Shown here one piece after another: positions 42,170-55,389 of a DNA stretch of 63,934 bases; within the stretch, counting starts at the first letter, position 1; every line of letters starts with the position of its first letter. Position numbers and translations under genes: made by a program. The DNA comes from Paraspadella gotoi (taxonomy: Eukaryota; Animalia; Chaetognatha): contig CM119268.1 of the NCBI GenBank assembly GCA_051294375.1, positions 17,699,562-17,763,495 on the forward strand, written 5' to 3'. Below the pieces are notes generated by a model, which was given only the letters and a program-made list of their open reading frames with translations, was not told the DNA's origin and made no database searches.

Positions 42170-43688
42170 CTCTCTCTCCTCTCTCTCCTTCTCTCCTTTC
42201 CTCACCTCCTTCGGATCTCTCTGCTACGATTCGATCATTTTTCTCCTTCGTTTCTCCCTTTCAACTATTCACTCACACGTTCCTCTTCACTGTTTCTTCT
42301 TTCCCATGTAATTCAAACCGTTCCTTTTCGCCATCTCTCAACTTCTTCATCGCCTCATCACCTTCCTTTCCTTCTCCCCTCCCTTTCCCTCCCCTCCTCT
42401 CCATCTCTTGTATCTCCCTTTTTCCTCTCCTTCCTCCCCCTACTCCTCTCCCTCCTTCCTTCGTCCCTTTTCTCCTCCTCCCCTCGATGACAACCTTTTG
42501 CGGCTATTGGCAAAAACTTTGAATTTATTACTCTTCCGACGTTGATTGGAGGGATCTCTCGTTTTTTTTTATCTCTTCTTCTTTCATCTCTCTCTCCTCT
42601 CTCCTCTCTCTTCTCTCTCCCTCTCACTTCCTCTCTCTCTCCTCCTCTCCTCTCTCACTCCTCTCGTCGTCTTCTCTTCTCTCTCCTCCCCTGCCGTCCT
42701 ACCATTCTGCTCGTCTCCTCTCCACTCTCCTCACCCTCTCATCCGCCTCTCCCCTCCTCTCTTCTCTTCCTTCCCCTCCATCTCCTCCTCTCTCTCTCTC
42801 TCTCTCTCTTCTCTTTTTTATAAATAGGTTTTTGCCCTCTAGTAACTTTAGTTTTTTTCTAATATGGTTTATTGCTTCACAGCTTTTTTTTTTTTTTTCA
42901 ACAATTTATTTTTCGTATTTTTTTATTCGTTTTGTTGACGTTTCTCCATCTTTGTTTGTTTTATAGTCTTCGTTGTTGTTGTTATGTTTCTCGTTTCCGC
43001 TTTGATGCAAGTGACTGAGGGTCACAGGGTCATCGGGTCCGTTGGTTAGTGACCCGCGGCTTTCAAATCCTCACCCAACCTGATCACGTGACTCATCACG
43101 CTATTCATGGCTANNNNNNNNNNNNNNNNNNNNNNNNNNNNNNNNNNNNNNNNNNNNNNNNNNNNNNNNNNNNNNNNNNNNNNNNNNNNNNNNNNNNNNN
43201 NNNNNNNNNNNNNNNNNNNNNNNNNNNNNNNNNNNNNNNNNNNNNNNNNNNNNNNNNNNNNNNNNNNNNNNNNNNNNNNNNNNNNNNNNNNNNNNNNNNN
43301 NNNNNNNNNNNNNNNNNNNNNNNNNNNNNNNNNNNNNNNNNNNNNNNNNNNNNNNNNNNNNNNNNNNNNNNNAAAGAAAGAAAGAAAGAAAGAAAGAAAG
43401 AAAAAAAAAGTATAAGACAGGTTTTCAATTGTTTTTGCAATTGTTTTTGTCGGATTTATTTAATCCTCATCTCGTCAGTCGCTTTTGTCATCTCCCTTGG
43501 CCGGCCGGGTGACGATCAGAAGGACGACGACGAATTATGACAAGACGCTTACGTCGACGACGACAGCGATGACGACGACGACGACAACGAGGTTATAATT
43601 CTCTTTGGTTCTCATTGATTTCGATTAATCGACTTTTGATTGATTTTTTTTTTCCTTGCTTGAAACTGTGCGGACGAGAGGGACGGCC

Positions 43689-43726
<38 letters not shown>

Positions 43727-45922
43727 AACGTCGATGAGTCCCCAGTGATTCTTGATCGTCGGATCGATTCTGTGACACTTGTCGTCTTTCTCTTTCTCTC
43801 TTTCTCTGATTTCCCCTAGAATCTCACGGCTTATTTCCTCTACGTTCTCCTTTCTTATTCTCCTCCATTGATTCAACTTCAAGCTCATTTTATTTCAACG
43901 AGTTAAATTAATTACTTTTTTTTTTAAACTGCGCTAACTTGTTTCAGTACATTTATTTGTCTAAGTTAAAAGTCAATCTGAGACTTTTTTATACATGAAA
44001 AAACGTTTACACATAATGACCAACTCGTTTTCCCAACAGGAAAGTTTTATATGCAAAAAAAGGATGTACGGGAAAAATCTGTGAAAATTCAAACAGCTTA
44101 ACTATTTTTTTAGAGCTTAATTGAATAATCAAAAATTTAGAGACAAGTCTGACGTTAATATTTCTTGCTTAGTTTTTATTCTAATCGAATATTACTTTTA
44201 CTATGATTTCGATTCAGGGGTGGAAAGAAGAAAGAGAGAGAGAGNNNNNNNNNNNNNNNNNNNNNNNNNNNNNNNNNNNNNNNNNNNNNNNNNNNNNNNN
44301 NNNNNNNNNNNNNNNNNNNNNNNNNNNNNNNNNNNNNNNNNNNNNNNNNNNNNNNNNNNNNNNNNNNNNNNNNNNNNNNNNNNNNNNNNNNNNNNNNNNN
44401 AGAGGAAATTGATTAAAAACGTTGAGGCGATGGATTTATAAGTCAAAGACTGAGGCTTAATTTTCCGCTTCAATTCGTAGACTTTTCACTGTACTTTATT
44501 TCTTTCTTTACTTCTTTCTTTACTTCTTTCTTTACTTTTTTCTTTATTTCTTTCTTTACTTCTTTCTTTATGTTTTTATTTACTTCTTTCTTTATTTCTT
44601 TCTATAATTTTTTTACTTCTTTCTTTACTTCTTTATAAATTCTTTTTTTTAAACTTTAATTTTTTTACTTATTTTTTCTATATTTCAGTTTCAGGTTATA
44701 ATCCCTCTAATTTTTTTAATTTTAAATCTTATTCTTATTCCTTTCTTTTAATATTTGTAACTTTTAATTTTTTAAACTTTTTTCTTTCCTGATTAAATTT
44801 TTCTCGCTCAACTTAAACTTTTTTCTTTTTGAATCTTTATTTCTTTCATTATTCCTTCCAATTTTCTCAGCCATATTATGGAACCCCTGTTTTCTCTTTC
44901 CTCAGCCTTTTTTTCTATTTTTTCCTCCACTTTTCTTTCTTTTCTTTGTCTCCCTTATTTTTTCCTTTCCGTCACCTTTTTCATTTCCTTCTTCCATTTT
45001 ATCCATCTAATTTCCTCGAGCCCATTACGGTCGGTTATTCCCCTCGCCTAAAAAGTTAAATTTCTCCAATTTTAATCTTCCTTTGCAATCTTTCTTTCTT
45101 TCTTGCTTTCTTTCTTTCTTTTCTTTCTCTCATTTTTCTTCTTCTTTTTTAAAAACTTTTTTAGCCGATCCAATCTTGAGATTCCTTAACGCCTTTGGTT
45201 CTTTTTTATTCCTTTTTTTAGGGTTCTTTTATGGAGTCTCTTTTCTCCCTCTTTTCTTTTCTTTTCTTTTCTTTTCTTTTCTTTTCTTTTCTTTTCTTTT
45301 CTTATCTTCTCTTATCTTTTCTTTGCTTTTCATTTTTTTCATTTCATATATATTTCTTTCTTTCCTTTTACACTTTTTTCTTTTCTTTCCATCGTTTCAC
45401 TTTTCTCCTTTTCTCTCTGTCTCGCTCTGTCTCGCTAACTCTCTGTCTTGCTCTGTCTTTCTCGGTTTAACTTTAACTTTTTTCTCTCTCTCTCCCCCCC
45501 AAAGACCAAACGGTTTTTTCTTCGCTAATTAATTTCCTCACTTCGCTGTTCATTTTTCTCAAACCATTTTTTTTTCCACTTTGGTTTTCCTCAACACAAT
45601 CTTGGTTATTTTTACCCCCACCCGCTTTCTCTCCATTGCTTTGTCTCCCACTCCTCCACCTCAACCCCTTTTCTAATTTTCCTCATTCCCCATTTCAACA
45701 TTTTTTTAACTCTCAACATCTCGACTAAAAAAAGAGAAAAAGAGTTTTTTAAAGTTTCTTTTCAGCGAATCAATTTTATGGTGTCCGTATTTCAGACCAT
45801 TCTCTCTCTCTCTCTCTCTCTCTCGCACTCTCTCGTCCTCTGTCTCTCTTCGTCTTCGGTCGTGCGGTCTCTTGTTAGTTTGACTCGATTGAACTGGTAG
45901 CCGAGTGCGACACGCTTGCGAT

Positions 45923-48004
45923 CAGGGGATTCAAGCACGTACATCGACCGCCAGATGTTTTGCTTTGTTTGCTAGTCGGCCGCCGAACAAATACAGTAAG
46001 GAGATTTGATCTCCAAAAGCACGGCCTTTCTCCCTCGAGAATACCGCCTTACCCTGTACCTGCGCGCCAAAATACCCTTAGACAAAGAAAGACCAGCTTT
46101 TCTCATTCTCCTTCTACAACTCTAGCATCACCTGTAAGGTTGACAGCTTAACTAACAGGACGACCAACCCAAACCGAATGCCTTTGCAAATACAGCCTAA
46201 AGACTACCATTCGCACGCCAAACTACCCCGCCTCACCACCAAACAACCGAGCAACACGTATCCCTCCCCGTCCTGTCTCTTCATTGTACCGCCGCCAACA
46301 ACACTAGGGCTTTCCTCGGCAACACACCCTCTCGGTGTACACGAAATGCAAATGCGGATCTTTCTCGCCCCCCTCGCCACACAACTCTGATTGCATCTAT
46401 CTGCATCTCCCAAACACTGCATGCCGCCAAAAATGCCCGCCCAACGCCGAGCCAGCCTTCCCTGGCGATCAGTCATCTTTCATCGACTCCCCGACTCTTC
46501 TCCTCTATGTCAGTACACCTGTAAGGGCCTATCGACCATCCAGTCCGATCCCCGAACACCGTGTCACATGACACAGACTCATACCCCATCAGTAAGCATT
46601 TATGAAGTATGTATTATGATCGTTAAGGATGTTAATTGTGCCCTTGTGTTCTGCTGTAGCAACAATTCGCTCCTTTGGCGTAAATATAATTGAATACCAC
46701 CCTAGATTTATTTCATAACCACCATGGGCGAATATATTTTATTAACTGAGTCTTCGTATGTTGTTAAGCAACTTTATAAAGACATGAACCTAAAGAACCA
46801 TTGTTAATGCACCAGTTTTCTGATAGCTTTTAATAACAGTTGCTCGCCACTGGCTTTTACCGTGGTGTCACTCTTGTGTTCTTTGTTATTCTGGATTGAT
46901 TTGAGAATTTATTTTCAGGTAATTGCATTTTGTTCTTTGAGTTGCAAGAATTAAAGACCGAGAAAGATAATCTCGGTTTAAGAATCGGAGATGTGTAATA
47001 AAAACTAAAGAGATGAAGAAGAAAAGGGAGGAAGGAAAGGAGATGAGGGATAAAGTTGGCGCAGTTTACGTCAATTTACGCGCATTCTGGAACGCCAAAG
47101 CATATCTTAAAACTTAAATGAGTTTTATAATTCTCGAAAATGAAAAAAAGTTGTTGTTATGCGCACAAAATTAATGCTATTAATCATGGTTTTCTGTTCA
47201 TTTGTAAGCGAATTCTATGCAAACCTGGTAGTAAAAAAGGCCGGAAAATTATTTAAAACAACTCAACTCGAGGATGTTTTTTACTAAGACAATAGAACGA
47301 AGAAAGTTTGTTACGCCACAACGAATTAAATTACGTATTTATATGGGTTTTGTTTGTTCAGGTTTACGACGCCATTGCTACGCCCAGTCTGTATAAAAAA
47401 GGGGCGGATAAATCGTTTAAAGCCACTTAATTGATCTGAATAAGCTTGTTAACTAGAAAATAATCAGAAAGGTCTTAACGCCGCCAAGTCATGGATGTGC
47501 ATATTAAACGGTTTTACCTCTTCATTTCCACGCCATTTAACGCCACATTCTTTCCAAATCTTAAATATGAAACATTCATACAATTATTTAATTTTGATAT
47601 ATTGTTAAAATTTTTTTTGGAAAAAATCATTAACGCGACATATGCTAATTAGGAACGTAATACTGTTTTGGGCGTGAGTTTTTAGCGGCCACCAGTCGGC
47701 CAACATCCACGGTCAAAAAAAAGAAATCAATCTGAATCCAATACTGAACAATGTATGTCTTAATGTTAGCAAAAAACGTTTTTTCAAAATTTTGGTTGAA
47801 TATTCCTTGAACAAGTAGTAAGGAAGGCAGGAAGAAGCGTTACTCCAAATGACGTAAATCAGTTTGGCGTAGAATCAAATATTTAATAAGTCAAACTCTT
47901 GAATTAACGATTAAAGCACACTGTCGTTAGGCTAAGATAAGGTTTAAAACCAATCGAATGAAAAAAATCAGTAATTTTTACAATTTTTTGTGACAAGTAC
48001 CCTA
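45923..48004. mobile_element. ~2.1 kb hAT-like insertion with 8-bp TSD; empty site present at 54813-54840
   Basis: Starts CAGGGG and ends TACCCTA (rc TAGGGTA). Flanked by gcttgcgat (45914-45922, noisy) and acttggat (48005-48012). The reverse complement of 54811-54845 joins the left flank (tggtagccgag..cgacac) directly to the right flank through a single attggat. Confidence 0.6.
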
Positions 48005-48370
48005 ACTTGGATATGTCCACGCGACGAAAAAAAAAAAAAGAATGAATACCGGAAAAAAAAACGAGCGATTGATGAACTGCGAGTGTACGACGGACGTTAA
48101 ACGAATGAACAAACGAACAAACAAACGAACGAACAATTGGTTGAAATAAACATACTAACTCAGGAATCGTCCGAAGCAAAAAGCCGAACTAATGAACGAA
48201 GGAAAAGGTGAGGTTTTTTCATTTGTTTTGCTCCCCGCCTCACCAAGGCCTCAGTTCCTCACCAAGGTGCACCCAGGGGAGACAAATGGGGTTCTCGAAA
48301 GAAACAAAATTAGCTCGAAAATGTGATTCATTTTTCTTCTCTGATTGTCTTTTTTTTTGTCAAGTCTTGA

Positions 48371-48405
<35 letters not shown>

Positions 48406-49277
48406 GCTTTTTCTTCTTTGGCTAACCAATCGGCTAATTTTTGTTAGTGAGGCAATTTCAAAGCCAATTTTCTGCAATGGGGACGGTAGAGGGGCTTGTG
48501 GTACCGATTTGTGAGAGCGGGATGGTCGAGGTATATGTCTTTTAAAAGACTACATATTAGTACATATTAGAATATGTATGAACTTAAATAAATAACTTAA
48601 ACAAAGAAGCGTCTGATTTTTACTTCAGAATGACAATATTTGAGCATAATTACTTGAATACATTTTTAAAGGATATCCGGTTGATTGAAAATAAAAAAAA
48701 AACATTATCTTTAAGGGGACCCAGTGATAAAAATGATATCATAAGCNNNNNNNNNNNNNNNNNNNNNNNNNNNNNNNNNNNNNNNNNNNNNNNNNNNNNN
48801 NNNNNNNNNNNNNNNNNNNNNNNNNNNNNNNNNNNNNNNNNNNNNNTGGAAAAAGATACTGTGCGAGAAAAAATGTCTGCGTCTCTCTTTCTCTCTTCTC
48901 TCTTTCCTCTGCCTCTCTCTCTTCCTCTCCTCTCCTCTCTCTCTCCTTCTCTCTCTCGTGCTTCTCCCTCTCTCTCATTCTCTCTCTCTGTCACCCCCCT
49001 TTTTTCTCCTTTTTATTACGTTTATTTCCCTTTTTTCTCCTTTCATCCTTTTTAATCTTTTTCCTTTATTTTTAAAGCGTTACCATGCTTCTTTTTTTGT
49101 CGTTCTATCTTTATTTCTGTCTCCCACGACGAAAAACGATAGGAATATAATCCTATTATCGTCTTCGCGGGGATTATTCCTCATCGTAAATATGTTCTAT
49201 GTTAGTTCTTTTTCACTTTTTTACATTTCGTAGACAGCTTACGCGTGTATTCTTTTTGACATTGTTTTCACTTTCAG

Positions 49278-49340
49278 GTTATGCTTTTCTCCTATGTTCG
49301 GGCACATTTGTAAGAATATAAGATATGAGCCTGTGCAAAG
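49278..49340 (+). CDS. shep: Candidate corrupted RRM1 exon (LC..P.FGHI...CKG-like)
   Basis: Strong acceptor ttgttttcactttcag. A phase-2 join to 29204 (tt|g) gives L-L-C-F-S-P-M-F-G-H-I, resembling family LCQPYGKI. tgcaaag (C-K-g) sits at 49334-49340 in another frame. No clean donor: the sequence runs into noisy (GA)n. Confidence 0.4.
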
Positions 49341-49767
49341 AGAGAGAGAGAGGAGAAAAGAGAGAGAGAGAGAGAGAGAGCCAGAGAGGAGAGACGAAGA
49401 GAGACGAGAGAGGAGAGAGAGAGAGAGAGAGAGGAGGAAGAGAGACGGAGAAGAAGAGAAAGTAACATAGAGAATGAAAGTAGAGATCCACAGCGGTGTT
49501 AGAAATCCTAGAGAAAATAACTCAGCGTGGAACTCAACATCAGAGCAATCGATCGCGGACGGTGAAAAAATATATATAAAAAGATAAAAGAAAACAAAGA
49601 ACTCAAAGAAAAAATTAAAAATAAAAACTAGATCAAACTTTAGTCATCTCCGGCTTTTAAGTGTTTTTTTGGTTCAATCTGCAGTGGAAAATATACATAG
49701 GATTGTTTAGCGAAGAGAGAGAGAATGAGTGAGAAGAGAGGGAAGAAGAGAGAAGAGAGGGAAGGTA

Positions 49768-49798
<31 letters not shown>

Positions 49799-49934
49799 GA
49801 GAGAAGAGAGAGAGAGAGAACAAAACAAAATAGCCGAGGATACCGGCTCGAACAACCAGAACGGAAACCTAAAAAGATTAGGGTAGAGGGAGGAAGGGTG
49901 TTAGGGCGCCATTTCGTCTTTCCGAAAAACCCCA

Positions 49935-52930
49935 ATAAGGAAGGAGGTAGAGAGGTTTAGAGTAATTAGGGAAAAAGGAAGAGTAATAATATATTATCTG
50001 GAGCGGAACGATGATTTGCTTCTTGGGGTTAAGGAAAAGTAGAGAGAATAAGAGTAAGGAGAAAAGAAAAAAAGGGAAACAGAATTTTTCATCACCGAGT
50101 AAGGCAAAACCAGGATAACAGCACACACAGAAACACACAAAAAGGATTGGAAGAGAGAGAAAGGACAAGAAAAGATGATTGGAATTTATTGAATCAAAGG
50201 GCGACGGCGAGAGCTAGAGGAGAGAGAGATGAGAGAGAGAGAGAGAAGAGAGAGAGAAGGAGAGAGAGAAAGCAGACGAGTAGAGACGAGAAGAGAGAGA
50301 GAGAAAGAGAGGAAGAGAAAGAAGCTGAGGTGCTCAGTGCGAGCGGAGCCGCGTGAGCGAGCACCTGGGTCGCGCCGCACGAGGCTGCTGCAAATTCGAG
50401 CGGCCGGGCAAGCAGCAGCGACGTACGCATGGGCAGCGAGGCGACTAAGGCGAAGATCAAACAGTAGGCGCTCAGCTGCCAACCACACGAAGAGACAAGA
50501 CTGTGAGGGCCAAGTGAATAGCTCTGGCCGTTGCCGCCGCGACGCCGCCGGCGCATACGACGCCGGAGAAATTGTAAGTTCCGGGTGGCTGCGCTTATAA
50601 AACTAGAGAACGCTAGATTGGGACACAAAAGAGTTGAGAGGAGGTGACGAAGGAAGGAGGAGGAAGAGGAAAGAGAAGAGTATAGGGTGACGTCGAAAGG
50701 AGAGAGATAAAACGATGGGGAAGAAGGAGGAAAGATTTTATAAAAAGAGAAACCGGAACAAAAGATGGGGAACGAAGCAAGTAAAAGAAATAGCAAAATC
50801 AGATTATAATGTAAATACAATGTAAAAGCAGATATTGAACATCGTGGGAGAAGGAATGAACAAATACACATAGAAGAGAATATAGAACGTTGCATAGCCA
50901 GTAGAAGAAAGAGAAGAAGAAAGAGCAAGAGTATGAGATAGGCAAAAGATAATAAGGAATAAGATGGAAAGTAAAAGAAAAAGCGAAACGAACATAGAAA
51001 GAGCATAATATGTAGAACGCTAGGACAGAAGAGAAGAGAAGCTAGATCAAAGAAAGAGAAGAGATAGAGAAGAGAGACGAGAAGTACGGAGACTAAGCGT
51101 CGAATCAGCGCGAGATAATCGAATAGCCGAAAGAACCCCAAATCAGACACATCACCAGAAAAGGATGGACCGAAACGTCATCATCACTACATGCCTTCAT
51201 CGCGACTTAGCATCCAATCATGTTAAAGAACAGAAATATTCACAACCACTACATACACTCAGCCAAATAATATTAGTATCATGCAATTTTATCCCTTTAC
51301 GAGAATTTTAAAATGCCCATGAATAAAACCATAAACAACAACAAACATTTAAACTCTAAACCTGTATAAACGGAGTAATTAGGTTTTAAACTATTTGGAA
51401 GCAAAAATATAAATGCCCTATATCGTCAAGCGGATATAGAAAAATAGTATCTATTTAAAAATAACCACAGAACATAACCAATATCGCTTCTAAAACAAAC
51501 GTCTCATCCTTCCTAAACAAATAACACAAGAAGCTTCTTATGCGTGTCTGCACATGTCACAGAAATAACGGGGAGGCACAACCACAAGAATTGTCTCAAG
51601 ACTTTTGAGAAGAACGCCGTAGAATTTGATCAAAGAAAAGCCTTTTGACCGTCCGACAAGTCACGCGAAGCAACTTGGGGGGAGAGCACCCGGGGAGGTC
51701 CGCATGAACAGGAGCGAGAGGAGGCGCCCAATTCGTAGCACACGAGAAGACATACCCCGAGAGTGGAGCATTGTGTCTGGAGCGAGGGGGGGCCTGCGAG
51801 CGAGGCGTGAATGGAGAAGCGGGATTTTTGAGAGGGAGGAGAAACGTACGGCCGTCGCCCGATTGATATCTGCGGATGACGTTGGCGCCCCTTAAAGACA
51901 CGCGCTTCGAACTGCTAGTCTCTGCTCTCTCATCCTCCGTCCTGCTCCTTCCTCCACGCGTATCCCGCCTATCCTCACTTCCTCATCAATCGCTAAAAGC
52001 TGTCACCCTCGGACTCTCCGCTCGGGCCTGGTACTAGACACTTCTGAGTCGGTCTGTGGTCGGTCTCTCTTCGCTTCCTCTCTCGTCGGCAGGCGCTTTC
52101 GTTTTTCCGGGGAGGCCATGTCCGCCTGCTCAGGCACTGCGATATAAACGTCTTTCTGGGCTTTCGTTGTAAGCCGCCACAACAAACCGCAAATCGTCGG
52201 CGAAAAAAAATGTAGAAGAGAGAAGAAAGCAAAATGGAAAAGAAAAAGAAAGAATATGAAAAGAAGAGAAAGAAAGAAAGAAAGAAAGAAAGAAATCAAA
52301 AGAAGAGAAAGAAAGGAAAGAAGACAGGTAGGCGTTTCCGAAAGAAATGAGCAGTAAACTATAAGATAAAAGAAATCGAGAGAGAAAACAAAAATGAAGG
52401 AAATATATCAGATGATGAAACAACGAAAAACGAGTGAGAAATAATAAATCTGTATCGAGTCTTTGTATTACATGAGGAGTCCACTCCGTCTCGGAATCAC
52501 GCAGATGGAAAAATCGCGTAAGCGGAATGCTCATATTCTTCTTCTTCCTTTTCGCGAAGCGGCGCCGCTGCCAGAGCACTGTGGCCTGGCCCCCCGCTGT
52601 AACTAACTTTTTTTTTTATCTTCTCTTTCGTCACTATCACACTTTCTGCACTGGGAGAGTAACGCCCGCTGTAAGGATAGTATCGCTTAGTATTACGTTC
52701 GCCAGTTCTCTATCGGTATTTTTTTTTGTAGTATCCTGTATTCCTTGTGGTGTTTTGATGTTAGTATTGATGTATGTTAGCATCGGACGGAGGACGCAGA
52801 GCTGCGAATAGAGAGATGATCCTTCGCGCGAAGGAATCGAGTGACCGACGACGAACCGAACGTAGAGCACGTGGAGGAGGGAATCGACGAACTGAGGGGT
52901 CCTGGGTTACGACACGAGTTTAGATGTTGC
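49935..52930 (-). repeat. Insertion-rich inverted copy of ~37870-40195
   Basis: For example 50525-50624 is the reverse complement of 39544-39640, 52445-52530 of 38130-38215, and ~50000-50032 of 40107-40142. The copy is longer because of scattered insertions. Confidence 0.88.
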
Positions 52931-53967
52931 TCGGAGAGTCGCATGTTCTCTCTCTTATCATTGTGTGGACCAAGTGAACAGGGGGGTAAAAGCTGAAACA
53001 TAACGTTTGACCTTAACTTAAGCTGGTTCTGAGATCATTATTTTTTCTCTATAATAAAGCTAAATAATTTCCAAATTGGTCTGGGAGAGGTTAGTTTAAA
53101 AAAAAAAATTTGATAAATCTCGAGCTTAATTTTCTTTAAAATCGGTAAGAAAGAAATCTTGTTTTTTTTTCAAGTTTAAAAATTTTTTTTTTTTCAAAAA
53201 AGGGTAATGATCTAATTTTTAAAAAAAGATTTTCAGGCTTTTATCAATAATCGACAAAATTATTAAAGAAAAAACTAGTGAATTTGAATCAAAAAATTAA
53301 AGGTAATCCTTGACTGATTTTTATTTAAAAAACCATTTTTTTCTTTCAAATGATTCCTGTTTATGGATGAAAATAATAAAACTTTTGAAGTAAATATAAT
53401 AAAAACAAGTAAGAGAAAGATTTTCTGTAACTTTTGGCTAATTTTTAATTGTTATAAAAATTAGGGAATCAATATAGGTGTTAATTATACATTTAAGGGG
53501 AATGAAAAAATATGAAGTATTAATATTAGATAATTATTACAATGTTTTTGGTTTCTATAATAAGAAGAATAGAATTTAAGGTTTGATTTGTCTGCTTTTT
53601 TAAGTAAAATATAACAAAATATAAGAAATATTTAGTTCCCTTGGTAATAGCCTTTGTTCAATGAGGTTAAAAGCGGCGTAAAATTTATAGGCTTTGTTAA
53701 CAGTAAAAAAAATAAAAAAATTGGAAATTTAGGTAAAAAAATACCTTTCTAATGCAAAAAATAAAATAATGGAGATTATATAAGATTTTAGGTACGGGGG
53801 GTCAACACCTAAATTTTTTTTTTATCATAATTATTAAAATTTTTGTTTAGCCGCTAGCAAATTAAAGAGGATTAAAGGAATTTTTTGGCCAGTTTCACCC
53901 GTGGCAAAATAAGAAAAATTAAATTGACTATCAAGCCATTCAAATTCGCTTTGATGATAGACCCTTA

Positions 53968-54845
53968 AAGGCTTTATGATAATCATTATTTATCACTGGT
54001 ACCTTAAAGATAATGTTTTTTTTTTTTTATTTTTGCAAATATCAACGGCGATATAATCCTTTAAAAATGTATTTCAAGTAATTATGGCTCAATAATTGTC
54101 ATTGCTGAAGTAAAAATCAAGACGCTTCTTTGTTTAAGTTTATTTATTTAAGATTCATACTATCTAGATATGTACTAATTGTTAGTCTTTTTTAAAAGAG
54201 CAGTATACCGTCGACGCATCGCCGCTCCTCCAAACTCCACAATCGGGTACCACAAGCCTCCTCTAACCCTATATAGAGACCGTGCTCCCCCCATTGCAGG
54301 GATAAATTGGTTTGAAATTGCCCGTCACTAACAAAATTAGGCCGATTGGGTTAGCCAAGAAGAAAAAGGGCCGACGACGAACGACGACGACGACGACGAC
54401 GACGACGTCAGAGACTTGACAAAAAAAAGACAATCAGAGAAGAAAATGAATCAACATTTATCGAGCTAATTTTGGTTTCTTTTCGAGAACGCCGGCATTT
54501 TGTCTCCCCTGGGTGCAAACGCTTGTGAGGAACTGGAAGCTGAGGCCTTGGTATGAGGCGGGGAGCCAAAACCCAATGAAAACAAACACATTCACCTTTT
54601 CCTATCGTTCATTAGTTCGGCTTTTTTTGGCTTTAGAGCCGATTCCTGAGTTAGTAATGTTATTTCAACCAAATTGTTTCGTTCGTTTGTTTTGTTTCGT
54701 TTGTTTCATACTTCGTTTTAAACGTGTCCGTCGTAACAAACTCATCGCAGTTCAATACAATCGCTCGTTTTTTTTTTCGCGGTATTCATGTCTTATTTTT
54801 TTTCGTGGTGAATAATCCAATGTGTCGACCTCGGCTACCATTCAA
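53968..54845 (-). repeat. Insertion-rich inverted copy of ~48005-48746 plus 45889-45912
   Basis: 54300-54460 is the reverse complement of 48315-48480, including the (GTC)n run. The match continues to the gap edge at 48746. Confidence 0.88.
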
Positions 54846-55292
54846 AAAATTTGATTCCCTAATACTAAAAGAAGAGAGAGAGTAGAGAGAGAAGAGAGAG
54901 AGAGAGGAAGAGAGAGAGAGAGAGAGAGAGAAGGAGAGGAGAGAGAGAGAAGAGAGTTTTTTTTTTTCTAATGTTTTTATAAAGTTGGCCTTTTTTTATT
55001 CCTCGGAATGCGCAGAGGAAATAAAACGAGGAAAAAGAGGAAATGAGACTCAGGATAAAAAAAGAAGAAAGGAGGAAATGAGGGAGGAAAGGAAAAAAGG
55101 AAAGAAAAAAAAACCTTTTTTTAAAATGAAAAAGGTAAAAATAGACGTGAGTTCCCGAAATGAGGGGGGGGAAAACGGATAGAGCGCAATTAGGGATAAA
55201 CGGAGGAAATAGAAAGAAGAAAAAGATGGTGAAATTTAAGGTCGAGGTCGTTCAACTCAAAGAAAATGGAAAAGAAGAGAGAGGAGAAGAAA

Positions 55293-55342
<50 letters not shown>

Positions 55343-55389
55343 CAAAAACGAACTAGTCTCAGTGAACTAAAAAAGTGAACAAAATGCTA

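Noticed and set aside
45895-45905. tggtagccgag resembling a tRNA-iMet primer-binding site
   Set aside because: There is no adjacent LTR or gag/pol. It is simply the flank of the hAT-like insertion and recurs in the empty-site copy.
49278-49309. Reading as a GYAFL (RNP1-like) 32-nt exon ending at GTAAG
   Set aside because: The residues after GYAF do not resemble the family VDF...A..AV segment, and its phase-0 end does not fit the phase-1 start of exon 58915.
49492-49570. AVLEILEKITQRGTQ as a remnant of the RRM1 C-terminal helix
   Set aside because: Weak similarity in noisy sequence, with no pyrimidine tract and no RNP1.
50194-51150. 318-aa minus-strand ORF sharing RRRRIRR/AAGAYDAGE peptides with ORFs near 39600
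   Set aside because: The similarity comes from the artefact-like inverted duplication, not from a gene family.
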